64,000 nucleotides of DNA from Spirochaetia bacterium (GCA_965225855.1 CBDDCK010000005.1:1216001-1280000), one strand, 5' to 3'; positions 31,236 to 42,007 are shown, counted from the first letter of the stretch. Numbers and translations are program-made. The notes: generated by a model not told the origin, from the sequence alone.

Positions 31236-31277
31236 AATAGTAGGTACGTAATATCAAATAGATAAATAGGAAACAAA

Positions 31278-32696
31278 ATGAAAGATTTAACACAAGGTTC
31301 TATTAAAAAGCATATCATAGAGCTTTCTATACCCTCTATTATGGGTTCCCTCTTTGCTACATTGTACAATGTGGTGGACACCTTTTGGGCTGGTAAAGTT
31401 AGCCAAGAATCCAGCAGTATTATGCAGACATCCGTTAATATTAGCAAGCTGCTAAGCTATTCGGGCGATATACGCGCACTTACTGGTATGAGCGTTTCCT
31501 TTCCTATTTTCTTAGTTATGCTGGCACTATCTATTGGGTTGCACAGTAGTACCATTGCTTTAATGGGCAATGCCATAGGCCGTAAGGATAGCCAGATGAT
31601 AGACCGTTACTTAACCCAAGCGATGCTATACGCCTTGGCCTGTAGTTCCTTGCTACTGATGGTACTGCCGCTGTTGCCTGTCTTGTTAAAGTTGCTAGGG
31701 GCTAAGGAAGCAGCGGTTATTGAATATGCCAAAGCCTATATTGGCACAATTATTATGGGCAATGTGCTATTTTCCCTTAGCTTTGTATTTTCTGCAGCAC
31801 TTATCGCACGCGGGGATACCAAGACCCAACGCAATATTGACATAGTTACCTTCTTTTTAAATATTGTGTTAGACCCATTATTGCTATTTGGTTGGGGGCC
31901 TATCCCAGCAATGGGGCTGCGTGGCATAGCGCTAGCGACCTTAATAGCCCAATTGTTAAAGCTTGTATTTATGTACGCAAAGCTGCGCAACTACCGCTCC
32001 TTTGAGCATATTACCAAAAACTATTTCTACCCACAGTGGGGCACGTTGGGCTTAATTGCCAAGCAGAGCTTACCCCCTACTCTAAATATGGTAGTGGTTT
32101 CTTTTTTGCTAGGTATGGTAAACCGTTATGCCAGTATTTATGGGGGTATAGCGGCCGTAGCCGCCTACGGCATTTCCCTGCGGATTGAACAGATTGTGCT
32201 GATACCCAGTATGGGAGTGTCTACGGCTTTAACTAGTATTGCTAGCCAGAACAATGGTGCCGGCCAGATAAGGCGGATTCGTCAAGCCTATGGCTTTACC
32301 TTATTGATGGGTATGCTGCTCTTATTGGTAGTGATGCTACCCTTGGGCCTGCTATTCTCGCAGGTGGTGGTGCGTTTGTTTACGGCCGACAGCCAAACAG
32401 TGGAGATAGCTATCCAATACTTGGGTATTTGTGTGCTAACATTTTTCCCGTATTTGCTGATGATATTTTCCAGCTCTATCTTTCAAGCCATGCAAGTACC
32501 CCACTATGCCAGCTATTTAACCATTAGCCGCAACTGCCTATTGCCTTTAATCACCTTTCACTTGTTTCCCGTTACCTTTGGGCTAGGCCTGCAAGGACTA
32601 TGGCTGGCGATTTTATTTAACAACGTATTGGTGGCCTGTATTACTCTATATTTATGCCTACGCATTTTACGCAAAGCCTTAGGGCCAAACCAATAG
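31278..32696 (+). CDS. MATE family efflux transporter
   Basis: MKDLTQGSI, LYNVVDTFWAG, NIVLDPLL, MGLRGIALAT, AVAAYGI, QNNGA. Confidence 0.92.
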   Translation: MKDLTQGSIKKHIIELSIPSIMGSLFATLYNVVDTFWAGKVSQESSSIMQTSVNISKLLSYSGDIRALTGMSVSFPIFLVMLALSIGLHSSTIALMGNAIGRKDSQMIDRYLTQAMLYALACSSLLLMVLPLLPVLLKLLGAKEAAVIEYAKAYIGTIIMGNVLFSLSFVFSAALIARGDTKTQRNIDIVTFFLNIVLDPLLLFGWGPIPAMGLRGIALATLIAQLLKLVFMYAKLRNYRSFEHITKNYFYPQWGTLGLIAKQSLPPTLNMVVVSFLLGMVNRYASIYGGIAAVAAYGISLRIEQIVLIPSMGVSTALTSIASQNNGAGQIRRIRQAYGFTLLMGMLLLLVVMLPLGLLFSQVVVRLFTADSQTVEIAIQYLGICVLTFFPYLLMIFSSSIFQAMQVPHYASYLTISRNCLLPLITFHLFPVTFGLGLQGLWLAILFNNVLVACITLYLCLRILRKALGPNQ

Positions 32697-33072
32697 AGAA
32701 GTCACAGCAATAAGCTAGGACAACAAGCCACCATAAAGGATATTTTCATGAATAAACTATAACTAATTATTCTACTTACTAAACTTAGCAAACCTAGTCT
32801 ACGCTGGCAACCTACACGATGATACATAGCAAATTAACTTAGGCCAAGTATAGCCTCTAATACAAAACATTGTAGGCTCTACTAAATGGCAATATTTATT
32901 TAACTTTCGGTTCATAGTGGAAAATCTGCATCTTTTTATAGCTTGAATCATAACGGTAATATTTATGAATTACATATTTTGAAAGCCCCACTGGGGAATA
33001 CCAGCGGGACAAGTAGCCTCAAAAGATACAATAAAGGCTTGCAGTAGGAGAATTTTAGAGGGAGTAAATAAT

Positions 33073-33108
33073 CATAGGCCCTGCAAGAAAAAATCTTGTA
33101 GGGCCATG
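33073..33108. terminator. Stem-loop between convergent transcription units
   Basis: GGCCCTGCAAGA-AAAAA-TCTTGTAGGGCC. Confidence 0.6.
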
Positions 33109-33141
33109 AAGTTCTCTTAATACTATATCCAGGCCCTTTTC

Positions 33142-33582
33142 CTAAAAAGAAGGTTTACGAATCTGATCAATACCCCATTTTTCATGTTTATAGCGTTCCA
33201 AAGGAAAGTCAAAATACTTTACCAGAACAATTTCTGCAAGATAAGCAATTTCGCTTCCTTCTTCTAGGTGGCCACCGATGGGACCGGTTTTACCGCTCAT
33301 ACACTGAATATGGCAATGTGCTTTATGATTGATAATTACCCCTTGCAGTGAAGTCATTTCCATAGGCTGCTCAATTTTGTATAAAATATCTTCCGGAGGG
33401 AAACCAACATGCTTGATATGGTGTAACGAAGCCACACGCAATGCAGCAATCCCACAGAGTACCGCCCCCGTTTGAATATCATGTTCTCTTGCAGCAGCTT
33501 CAATACTCTCTTTGAGCAATTCTCTCGGTTCCAAGTTTAAGATTATGCTTTGGCTACGCCCTTCTTGTACAAACGTATTCAA
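33142..33582 (-). CDS. PPC domain / DUF296 protein
   Basis: EMTSLQG, HCH, GGHLEEG; 146 aa. Confidence 0.8.
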   Translation of the reverse strand: MNTFVQEGRSQSIILNLEPRELLKESIEAAAREHDIQTGAVLCGIAALRVASLHHIKHVGFPPEDILYKIEQPMEMTSLQGVIINHKAHCHIQCMSGKTGPIGGHLEEGSEIAYLAEIVLVKYFDFPLERYKHEKWGIDQIRKPSF

Positions 33583-33822
33583 GATTGTTCTCCTTTTATA
33601 TTTTGTTTATTACAAGTATTATAACTTAAATTTAGAGAAATTATTTTCAAATACCTCTAACAGTGGTTTGGCAAATGTTTCAATATTATTTTTACCTCAT
33701 GGCCATATAGTCAAAGAAGGGTTCGTCAACCATAAACGGAATAGTTTTTTATCTACTCTTACATTTTATCCTAATATTCCCTAATAAACTATATTAGAAA
33801 TCTTGCTATTGCTCATAATTCA

Positions 33823-34296
33823 TTATACAACCAAACTAACCGGTATTTTGCCTACAACTTTACGAACAGATTCTGACCCTACATGATCCAAATGATAGAT
33901 CAACCCAGGGGCATGGATATCGTTAGGAAAAAACACAGTACAGATCCCCGTTGGACAAGCCAACAAATTGTAGATAACTGGCATTTGATAGTATGTAAGA
34001 TCTTTCTCTTCATTATACGGAATCTGAATGCTACTATCTCTATCTAAAAGGGCCCAGCCCATACTCTCTCGGCCTTTTAGAATTACTTGTACGTCAATAT
34101 ACTTTTGATGAGTCTCCAGCTTAGGCACAGACTCGGTATCATAATCCATTAAAACATAAAACATACCTTCATCGAGCATATACTTACCATTTTCTTGTAC
34201 TTGTATCGAGTTATCATTCAAGATTTTCAACATATGCTGAATGGCAACTGGGCAAGATTTTTGAAAATCTTTGTCCTCGACTTTTCCTACAAACAT
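33823..34296 (-). CDS. YhcH/YjgK/YiaL family protein
   Basis: LETHQKYIDVQ, FFPNDIHAPG, VRKVVGKI. Confidence 0.88.
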   Translation of the reverse strand: MFVGKVEDKDFQKSCPVAIQHMLKILNDNSIQVQENGKYMLDEGMFYVLMDYDTESVPKLETHQKYIDVQVILKGRESMGWALLDRDSSIQIPYNEEKDLTYYQMPVIYNLLACPTGICTVFFPNDIHAPGLIYHLDHVGSESVRKVVGKIPVSLVV

Positions 34297-34305
34297 ATTA
34301 TTTCC

Positions 34306-35232
34306 TTACATAAAATGATTATACTGTGTACCATGTGTTTTAAGCTCTACCCCATATAGAGAAGTGGAAGCCGTAACATATAGGTAATTTTGCTGTCGTC
34401 CTCCCAAAGTGCAATTAGAGACTCGCTCTGGAATCGGAATATGCCCTAGCTTTTCGCCACTAGACGAAAAGACAAGGATACCATCTTCACAGCTACAAAA
34501 AACATTGCCTTGGAAATCCAAACAAAAGCCGTCTGGTATACCCGGTAATATCTCGGCAAAAATTTCCTTATTCTGCAATTTCTTGCCATGTACTTCATAT
34601 CGCAGAATGTGTCGATAACCCGATTTAACGAATTCCACACAAGACATATCGGCTACATAAAGATACTTTTCATCGGGAGAAAAACCTAAGCCATTGGGCC
34701 TTTGCACGTCCATGGTCGCTATCTCTAATGATTGTTCTGACTCGTTATAGCAGTATACATAACAACCTATAATCTGGCTCTCTGCACGGTAACCTTCTTC
34801 ATTACTCAAAATACCATAAGGTGGATCGGTAAACCAAATCGTGCCGTCACTTTTTACCACCAAGTCATTGGGAGAGTTTAAACGTTTATCCTCCAAACGG
34901 TCTACCAATATTTCTATTTCGCCAGAAGGATAAGTACGTGAAATACAACGCCGTCCGTGCTCACAACTTAGCAGATAGCCAGAGGGGTCGCGATAGTTGC
35001 CGTTACTATAATGGGAGTAGGTTTTTTCCACTTGAAGCCCACAATCATAGCTGTAGCGTAGCAAACGATTGGACTTGACATCGCTAAACAATATATAGTC
35101 TTGCTGTGGCGTATCACCTTGAAACCAAACAGGGCCCTCCGCCCACAATGCTCCGCTACAAAGCTTTTCAATCTTTGCTTGTGGAGATATTAGTTCCTCA
35201 AACATACGATGATAGCTTTTTAATATAGCCAT
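34306..35232 (-). CDS. SMP-30/gluconolactonase family lactonase
   Basis: WAEGPVW, LNSPNDLVV, WFTDPPYGI, PNGLGFSPD, PDGFCLD. Confidence 0.9.
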   Translation of the reverse strand: MAILKSYHRMFEELISPQAKIEKLCSGALWAEGPVWFQGDTPQQDYILFSDVKSNRLLRYSYDCGLQVEKTYSHYSNGNYRDPSGYLLSCEHGRRCISRTYPSGEIEILVDRLEDKRLNSPNDLVVKSDGTIWFTDPPYGILSNEEGYRAESQIIGCYVYCYNESEQSLEIATMDVQRPNGLGFSPDEKYLYVADMSCVEFVKSGYRHILRYEVHGKKLQNKEIFAEILPGIPDGFCLDFQGNVFCSCEDGILVFSSSGEKLGHIPIPERVSNCTLGGRQQNYLYVTASTSLYGVELKTHGTQYNHFM

Positions 35233-35234
35233 GC

Positions 35235-36410
35235 TTATTTTCCCCAAATTTTGCGGTAAACCTCACGATAACCAACAGGAGGATCATAAACATTGTCTTC
35301 TTTAACATTTGAACCATCAATCACAAATATCGGCGGGATATAACCGCTACTTGGTTGCCCGGCAATGGCTCGATTCAGCTCATCAATCAATTGCCAACCC
35401 TGCATATATAGAGGCTCCGGAACTGTAGCCGTTTGATAATCGGTTTTACGTATACGGACAAAAGCCGGCTCATCACCATCTCCAGCAGAAATATTGTAAG
35501 GGGGACCAGCACCGTCAATATTTTGTTGTTTTAATGTGGCTTTCATTCCCGTAAAGTAGTTATCATTGATTGCCAAAGCGTAAAAATCTCGACCGTAGTC
35601 CTGTAACAAGCGACTGGTTAAAGTCGGCATTCGGCTGCTAGTTTCGGCAATTGGCGTATCAATATATTCGAGAACCTTGCCACCAAACTCTTCAATCGTA
35701 TCACGCATGGTATCTGCTTTATCAATAGCAATTTGGTAATTAGAATCCGTAAAAATCACAGTGCGAACAACACTATCACTATGTGAGGCTGCATGAGAAA
35801 TGGCGTACAGGGCGGCAGTTCGAGCTACGTCTAAGGCATCGGTGGTGATGTTAAAATATAGCTTAAATTCTGGGGCAGGGCCAGGCTTACTCACAGCATG
35901 CCAACCAACAATTGGTATTCCCAATTCTTCGGCTTGCTCCAGCGATTTTTTGGCTGCATTTGGATACCAACCACCAATAACAATACCATCTGGCTTGCGA
36001 GCAATGGCCTGATTTAAAGCAGAGATCTGATTATTAGCCGAACCTTGCCCATCAAGAATTTCCATTTCCCAGCCAACTATTTCTATCGCTTCTTGAGCAC
36101 CTTTACTCACAGAAATCACACCACCATTGGTCATATCTGAGCCAACAAATATAATTAAACGTGAGCCTTGTACTTCTGGACCTGTAGAAGGGCCATCCCA
36201 TGTTGTGCCGACACTAGCTAAGGATTTCTCTAGCAATTTTTGCACTTTTTGCGTATTCGCGTTGCTAATCTGCCCCTCTTCTTTGTCACTGCCGCTTGAA
36301 GAACTTTTCCCTCTTGCCAGCAAGCTAAAATTAAATATCACCAAAATTGTGAATAGCATAGCCGTCAAAGCTATATTTTTAATTGGAAAACGTAGATGCT
36401 CTTTCCTCAT
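35235..36410 (-). CDS. Sugar ABC transporter substrate-binding protein
   Basis: Signal peptide, WDGPSTGP, LNQAIARKPDGIV, TVPEPLYMQGWQLIDELNR. Confidence 0.85.
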   Translation of the reverse strand: MRKEHLRFPIKNIALTAMLFTILVIFNFSLLARGKSSSSGSDKEEGQISNANTQKVQKLLEKSLASVGTTWDGPSTGPEVQGSRLIIFVGSDMTNGGVISVSKGAQEAIEIVGWEMEILDGQGSANNQISALNQAIARKPDGIVIGGWYPNAAKKSLEQAEELGIPIVGWHAVSKPGPAPEFKLYFNITTDALDVARTAALYAISHAASHSDSVVRTVIFTDSNYQIAIDKADTMRDTIEEFGGKVLEYIDTPIAETSSRMPTLTSRLLQDYGRDFYALAINDNYFTGMKATLKQQNIDGAGPPYNISAGDGDEPAFVRIRKTDYQTATVPEPLYMQGWQLIDELNRAIAGQPSSGYIPPIFVIDGSNVKEDNVYDPPVGYREVYRKIWGK

Positions 36411-36477
36411 CTTAAAAACTCCTTTTCTTGATATTATTTCAAATAATGGGCTAAACATTAGCATAAGTTTTGAGTTT

Positions 36478-36575
36478 GTCAAGAAGAATTATAAAAATTT
36501 ACTTCCTTTAGCCCATTGAAATCTCTGTTAGAAGAATCAGTCAAGAAGAATTATAAAAATTTACTTCCTTTAGCC
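36478..36575. repeat. Perfect 36-bp direct repeat, 2 copies separated by 26 bp
   Basis: GTCAAGAAGAATTATAAAAATTTACTTCCTTTAGCC at 36478-36513 and 36540-36575. Confidence 0.9.
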
Positions 36576-37636
36576 TGCTTTTTTGGCAATTCACGTTTGG
36601 CCCGCCGCGACCTAGTATGTTTAGTTTTGCGATTTTGAGCATAGGCAGCTAAACCCAATGCTAGTACCAACGTCCCCCCATTAAACAATGGTTCAACAAA
36701 AAATGCACTACCATACTGTTGAATGCCCGTTGTACCAACGGCTAGCAAAATCACTGCCATCATAGTTCCCCAGATATTGATGCGTCCGGGCTTGATGCTA
36801 GTTGAACCCAAAAACGCCCCAACTAAAGCCGGCAATAGAAAATTCTGGCCAACGCTAGATTGGCCAACTCCTAGCTTTGCTGCCAACATCACCCCGGTAA
36901 AGGCTGTGATCAACCCTGAAGCCCCAAAGGCACAGATAATATATTTATTAACCGGAATACCATTGAGCAACGCCGCAACAGGGTTACCACCTACAGCATA
37001 CATAGCCCTACCAACTGGCGTATAAGCCGTAATCAACCACAACAACAGACATAAAAAGAAAGCATACAGCGAAATAACTGGAAAAATGCCAATGTCAGTA
37101 AAATAAATATTTTCAAAGGTTTGAGGTATGTCCTGCAGAACTACCTGCTTGCCTTCCGTATGCCACAGAGAGATAGCGTAGATAATAGTACCGGTCCCCA
37201 AGGTAGCCACAAAACTGTCTATATCAGCCAAAGCTACTAATAAACCATTGAGTACACCGTAGATACAGCCTAATAACAGGACAATAACGATGGCTACAGG
37301 CCAGCTGAAATCGTAGTGCTCTTGCAATGATATAGGGAGTACATGCCAAAGAGTCATAGCAAAGCCTACATTCAAGTCTATCTTGCCGACAATCATAGTG
37401 GTACTAGCTGCCAGTGCCAGTAGGGCAATAATAGATTTATCCCCTAAAAGTGCCCTAAGAGTCAATATACTAGCAAAATGCTTGGTACTTAAACTGAAAA
37501 ACAGAATCAGAATTACCGTAATAAATACCAATGAATAGCGTATAAACATCTGTTGTAAATAACACCATAAACCGTCATCTTGTATAGAAACATTTTGTTC
37601 TAAGGCCGTAGCTTTCATACTGGTTTGTTTTTGCAT
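36551..37636 (-). CDS. Sugar ABC transporter permease (RbsC type)
   Basis: Multi-TM protein with GKIDLNVG, DSFVATLG, GRAMYAVGGNPVAA. Confidence 0.9.
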   Translation of the reverse strand: MQKQTSMKATALEQNVSIQDDGLWCYLQQMFIRYSLVFITVILILFFSLSTKHFASILTLRALLGDKSIIALLALAASTTMIVGKIDLNVGFAMTLWHVLPISLQEHYDFSWPVAIVIVLLLGCIYGVLNGLLVALADIDSFVATLGTGTIIYAISLWHTEGKQVVLQDIPQTFENIYFTDIGIFPVISLYAFFLCLLLWLITAYTPVGRAMYAVGGNPVAALLNGIPVNKYIICAFGASGLITAFTGVMLAAKLGVGQSSVGQNFLLPALVGAFLGSTSIKPGRINIWGTMMAVILLAVGTTGIQQYGSAFFVEPLFNGGTLVLALGLAAYAQNRKTKHTRSRRAKRELPKKQAKGSKFL

Positions 37637-37682
37637 AATCTTTTCTCCGTAGACGACAACTCTGAATGACTATATCTATAAT

Positions 37683-39221
37683 TTAATTGGAAGCATAATT
37701 AAAAATATTTTGATGACTGACCTGGTTTCCAATTAGTTCCTGACTGATTTTATTTTTGTTAAACACCAACACACGAGAGCAAACCTTAGCAACTTCTTCA
37801 AAATCTGTTGAAACAAGGAGGAGAGACTTACCGTTGGCCAATATATCCAAAAATGTTTGGTAAATGTCGGCACGAGTGCCAATATCTACTCCAGCAGTAG
37901 GGTCTTCCAGAACCAAAATATCGTTGTTTATATCGAGCCAGCGGCTCAAAACCACTTTCTGCTGGTTGCCTCCAGAAAGAGCCGCAATATCGGCACTAGG
38001 GTTTGCAGGGTGTATATCGAGTTTATCTATATACATTTTCGTCTTGCTAGCCATTTTTTTATTGTGATGCAGCTTCCACGAATGGCAACCATGATTTTGC
38101 TGATTTAAGAATAAATTTTCTTCTAGCGACATATTCATTACCAAACTCTCCTTTACTCGGTTTGACGCGAGCAAAGAAAGCCCATGTTTTATCGCCCATT
38201 GAGGAGATAATTTTATTGTTGATTGTGCTTTAGCTAAATCATAAGATTTTTTTTGTAAATATAATTTCCCTTGTTGTATGGTTTGTAAACCAAACAGACT
38301 ACGACCAATCTGTTCATGGCCTGCCCCACGCAATCCCACCAATCCCAGTAATTCTCCTCTCAACAGTTGCAAAGAAAGAGGCCCAACCTGACCAGTTACA
38401 AAGTTTTCCAAAGCTAGTAATGTTTCGGATTGCGCCCCAGCTTGAATTTGTGGGGCTTTATAATTACATTCAACCTGGGTTTTACCTACAATATGGGTGA
38501 TCATCTCTTGATTAGTCATAACCTTGGTAAGATTGTTAGCTACAACCGCTCCATCGCGAATAATCAATACTCGGTCAGATATTTGAGAAACTTCATCCAT
38601 TCGATGAGTAACATAAATTATGCCTACTCCGGAATTCTTAAGATACTCGATGATTTCAAATAATTTATGGACATCTTCGGCAGGCAAAGAAGCCGTGGGC
38701 TCATCTAAAACCAGTAGTTGGGCTTTACTCGCTAAAGCACGAGCAATCGCAACCATGCTTTTTTCCGTCTGTGATAACTCAAAAATCCGCTTTTCTGGCG
38801 ATAGATGCACTCCTACTTGTGCAAGGGCTTGCTCTGCCTGCCTCTCCACTTTTTTCCAGCTAATCAGATGACCACGAAACATGGGAAAACCTATGCTGAA
38901 AGCTATGTTTTCCCCAACAGTCATCCAGTCTATCAAGCCCAAGTCTTGATGAATAAAGGCTATCGGTTTTTCATTGCCTCTACAAATGCTTGTTGCATTT
39001 TCAATCCTACCATATTCGCCAAATAAAATCTGGCCTTCATCTTTTGCATGGATACCGGCCAAAATTTTGATCATGGTGGATTTGCCCGCACCGTTTTTTC
39101 CCAAAAATGCCAAAACTTCGCCTTTATCTACAAATAGGCTGACATCTTTAAGGACTAAATTTCTACCAAATGCCTTAAAAATATGCTTCATTTCCAATAG
39201 ACATTGCGTTTGCGTTTTCAT
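37683..39221 (-). CDS. Sugar ABC transporter ATP-binding protein (RbsA type)
   Basis: GKNGAGKST, LDEPTASL, LSGGNQQK, EDPTAGVDIG. Confidence 0.92.
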   Translation of the reverse strand: MKTQTQCLLEMKHIFKAFGRNLVLKDVSLFVDKGEVLAFLGKNGAGKSTMIKILAGIHAKDEGQILFGEYGRIENATSICRGNEKPIAFIHQDLGLIDWMTVGENIAFSIGFPMFRGHLISWKKVERQAEQALAQVGVHLSPEKRIFELSQTEKSMVAIARALASKAQLLVLDEPTASLPAEDVHKLFEIIEYLKNSGVGIIYVTHRMDEVSQISDRVLIIRDGAVVANNLTKVMTNQEMITHIVGKTQVECNYKAPQIQAGAQSETLLALENFVTGQVGPLSLQLLRGELLGLVGLRGAGHEQIGRSLFGLQTIQQGKLYLQKKSYDLAKAQSTIKLSPQWAIKHGLSLLASNRVKESLVMNMSLEENLFLNQQNHGCHSWKLHHNKKMASKTKMYIDKLDIHPANPSADIAALSGGNQQKVVLSRWLDINNDILVLEDPTAGVDIGTRADIYQTFLDILANGKSLLLVSTDFEEVAKVCSRVLVFNKNKISQELIGNQVSHQNIFNYASN

Positions 39222-39258
39222 GATTTTAAACCACTTGTTTCAGCTGTATGCCGGTAAA

Positions 39259-39480
39259 CGCTATTTCAAATAGCGGTTTAGATTATTTATTAAGTCTTTT
39301 CACTTTGTCAAGAAAAAATTACAAGAAGCTATCGGTATTTATTTCTATATTTTACAATATTTCTATTATATTCCAAAATAATTTCTCAATCAGATATCTT
39401 ATTGAAAAAATATTTTCTTGAATTGTTTTATACCAAAACCTGATTTCATATATTGACATAATTTGCAAATGAAATAGTAT
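39259..39480. promoter_or_regulatory. Divergent promoter region with a palindromic operator candidate
   Basis: Minus-strand TTGACA at 39311-39306; plus-strand TTGACA-16 bp-TAGTAT at 39453-39480; palindrome CGCTATTT-C-AAATAGCG at 39259-39275. Confidence 0.55.
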
Positions 39481-39552
39481 TAAATACGGTTTTTATAGCT
39501 GTTTTAGCTAGAGAACCTACTAAATCTTATTATTAAAATTTAAGGATCTATT

Positions 39553-40557
39553 ATGCAGAGGGTTAATTACGACAGCTTAAAACAAACGTATATTGCTGCG
39601 CTAGTCAAAAGAAATATGGAATCACAACCTGCCGATATGTTAGCTAGTGCGTTTGCGGATATGGCTTGGGATGGGACATATTCCCATGGAATCTATCGCT
39701 TCCCTGTCTTTATTAAGCAAGTCGATGAAGGAATGATTAAACTAAACAATCAACCTATCTGTGTAAATAAACTTTCTGCTTTAGAGCAATGGGATTGCCA
39801 GCTTGGGCCTGGCCCACTCAACGGTATTATTTGTAGCCAGCGATCGATAGAGCTCGCCGAAGAATACGGTGTAGGTGTAGTGGCTATGCGCAATAGCAAT
39901 CACTGGATGCGCGGCGGTGCTTATGCTCTGAAAGTGGCCAGAGAGGGGTATGCCTGTATTGCTGCCACCAATTCAACGGCCGTAATGCCCGCATGGGGTG
40001 GCAAAGATACCCGCTTGGGAACAAACCCGCTTATTATCGGTATTCCGGGCAATCCTCCGACTCTGCTAGATATGTCTTGCTCTCAATATTCTTACGGTGC
40101 TCTGGAAGTTGCCAAGGTTGCTGGTAAAACTTTAGAAGTTGATGGAGGTTATGATGCTGAAGGTCGCCTCAGCCGTGATCCAGATGCTATTAGCCAAACA
40201 CGGCGCTTGCTGCCCGCAGGATATTGGAAAGGCGCTTCACTCTCGATAGTTTTGGACATGCTCGTTTTTCTATTGGCCGATGGCCATAGCACAGTCGAGC
40301 TCACCCAGGATATCGGTGCCGAAACCGCTATTTCTCAAATGTTTATCACTTTAAATATCAATAAAACGACAGACCAAAATACAATGCAAGAAAAACTTGC
40401 CCGTACTATTAAATTTGTACTCGATAGCAAGCCTATCAACGAAGACGCTTGTATCCAAATTCCTGGACACTCTATTGAGAAATTTATCAAAGACCATGAA
40501 GAAAATGGTGGTATGCCTGTAGACGAAAAAACTTGGAATACGATTCAAAGTCTATAG
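39553..40557 (+). CDS. yiaK: 2,3-diketo-L-gulonate reductase (3-dehydro-L-gulonate 2-dehydrogenase, Ldh_2 family)
   Basis: DGTYSHGIYRFP, NSNHWMRGGAY, MPAWGGKD, LDMSCSQYSYG, PAGYWKG. Confidence 0.9.
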   Translation: MQRVNYDSLKQTYIAALVKRNMESQPADMLASAFADMAWDGTYSHGIYRFPVFIKQVDEGMIKLNNQPICVNKLSALEQWDCQLGPGPLNGIICSQRSIELAEEYGVGVVAMRNSNHWMRGGAYALKVAREGYACIAATNSTAVMPAWGGKDTRLGTNPLIIGIPGNPPTLLDMSCSQYSYGALEVAKVAGKTLEVDGGYDAEGRLSRDPDAISQTRRLLPAGYWKGASLSIVLDMLVFLLADGHSTVELTQDIGAETAISQMFITLNINKTTDQNTMQEKLARTIKFVLDSKPINEDACIQIPGHSIEKFIKDHEENGGMPVDEKTWNTIQSL

Positions 40558-40565
40558 GAAGCTCT

Positions 40566-41691
40566 ATGTATTACTTGGGTTTGGATTATGGCGGTACAAA
40601 AATTAAAACCGCTCTATACGATGAGGCAGGTACAGAAATTGGGATTGCGGTACAACCTTCTCAAGTAGATACATCTATGCCACGGGTTGTCGAAATTGAC
40701 AGAGAAGGGCGGCCTTGTGGTAAAGGAATTCTCTCTTCTGATACCCGCTCTATCGGGCTGATACAATCTTGGCGAGAACAAAAATTAAATAAGGCTCTAT
40801 ACCCATACATCTTGCAAGAGATATGGCCATTTCATCCATTGGCCTCGCTGGCCATATCTAAACAAAGAAGAGACACAGCAACTCGAGCATAGTTGCCATA
40901 TTACACTCATGGAGCATGATTATTTACGGTTACTACCTGTGTAGTGAAATAGTAGCTGAACGCAGCAATATTAGCGGCAGTGGGCTAATTGATATTCGCA
41001 AAGGGGAGTATTCTCTGGAAGTTCTGCAACAAACAGAGCTGGCCCATATTCGCAATAAATTATGCCCTATCGTTGAATCAGCTGATTTTTGCGGCAAAGT
41101 TAGCCAAGATGCTGCTGTAGCAACTGGTTTACTACAAGGAACGCCCGTATATGGCCGGTTTTTTTGATGTAGTGGGTGCTGCCGTGGCCTCTGGCCTGTG
41201 TTCAGAAAACGATTATCATGCCATTATGGGAACATGGTCGATTAGTACTTGCCTGTCTTCAAGCATTATAGCAGGAGATGATTCGCTTCAGATTCCTATG
41301 GGGGAGTTACGCTGCCTTGCCAGGAATGTATCCGTGCACGATGGTAGCCCAGCTTCAACTCCGGACTTTGCCTACAACGATCAGGTTTTACAACGCCTGT
41401 CGCCAGAACAAAATTCCCTGTTTTTTTACCCGTATCTCTACGCTTCTAATATAGGAGATAGCACTCCGGCTACTCTGTCTATTGGCCTACACAATCATCA
41501 CCGCTATGACGATATTTTATATGCGGTATATGAAAGTATTTTATTGGCGCATATGGGTGCATTTGCAAAAATTAAAGACAGTTCAGCCTAAACCAGAAAG
41601 ACTATTGTTAACCAGTGGTCCAAGCCAATCTAGGCCTTGGATGCAAATGTTTGCCGATTTTATCAATTTGCCGGTGTTGACGTTAAAATGA
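40566..41691 (+). pseudogene. lyxK: Decayed L-xylulose/3-keto-L-gulonate kinase (FGGY family)
   Basis: Motifs split over several frames: YLGLDYGGTKIK, GILSSDTRS, ERSNISGSGL, GFFDVVGAA, MGTWSIS, FFYPYLYASN, WMQMFAD. Apparent internal deletions; C-terminus absent. Confidence 0.8.
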
Positions 41692-41978
41692 TAACTTAAC
41701 GGGATAGGACGTGATAACTTGGGATTTTTTGGGACAAATGGAAGGTAAAAATTGGCTTACTTTCCAAAATAAAAAAGTAAAACCAAAATAAAAAAGTAAA
41801 AAATTTTTCATTGCACGAGAAAAAGCCAGAATCCATTTTAAACACCAAGCCAGAGCAAAAACGCTCAAAACCTTAAAAAGCCAAAGCGGTGCTAGGATAA
41901 CCAAACCATGCACCGCTTTTTTTGTGCCTTTCGGCTGAATCCACAAAATGCCTAAAGCTATTCATTGTAGCATTTTAT

Positions 41979-42007
41979 TTGACAAATTATACGTTTTGTG
42001 CTATACT
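41979..42007 (+). promoter_or_regulatory. Near-consensus sigma70 promoter driving the ArdC cassette
   Basis: TTGACA-17 bp-TATACT with an extended -10 TG. Confidence 0.75.

Noticed and set aside
36478..36575. Two-repeat mini-CRISPR (36-bp repeats, 26-bp spacer)
   Set aside because: One copy is the coding 3' end of the permease gene, there are only two copies, and no cas genes are present.
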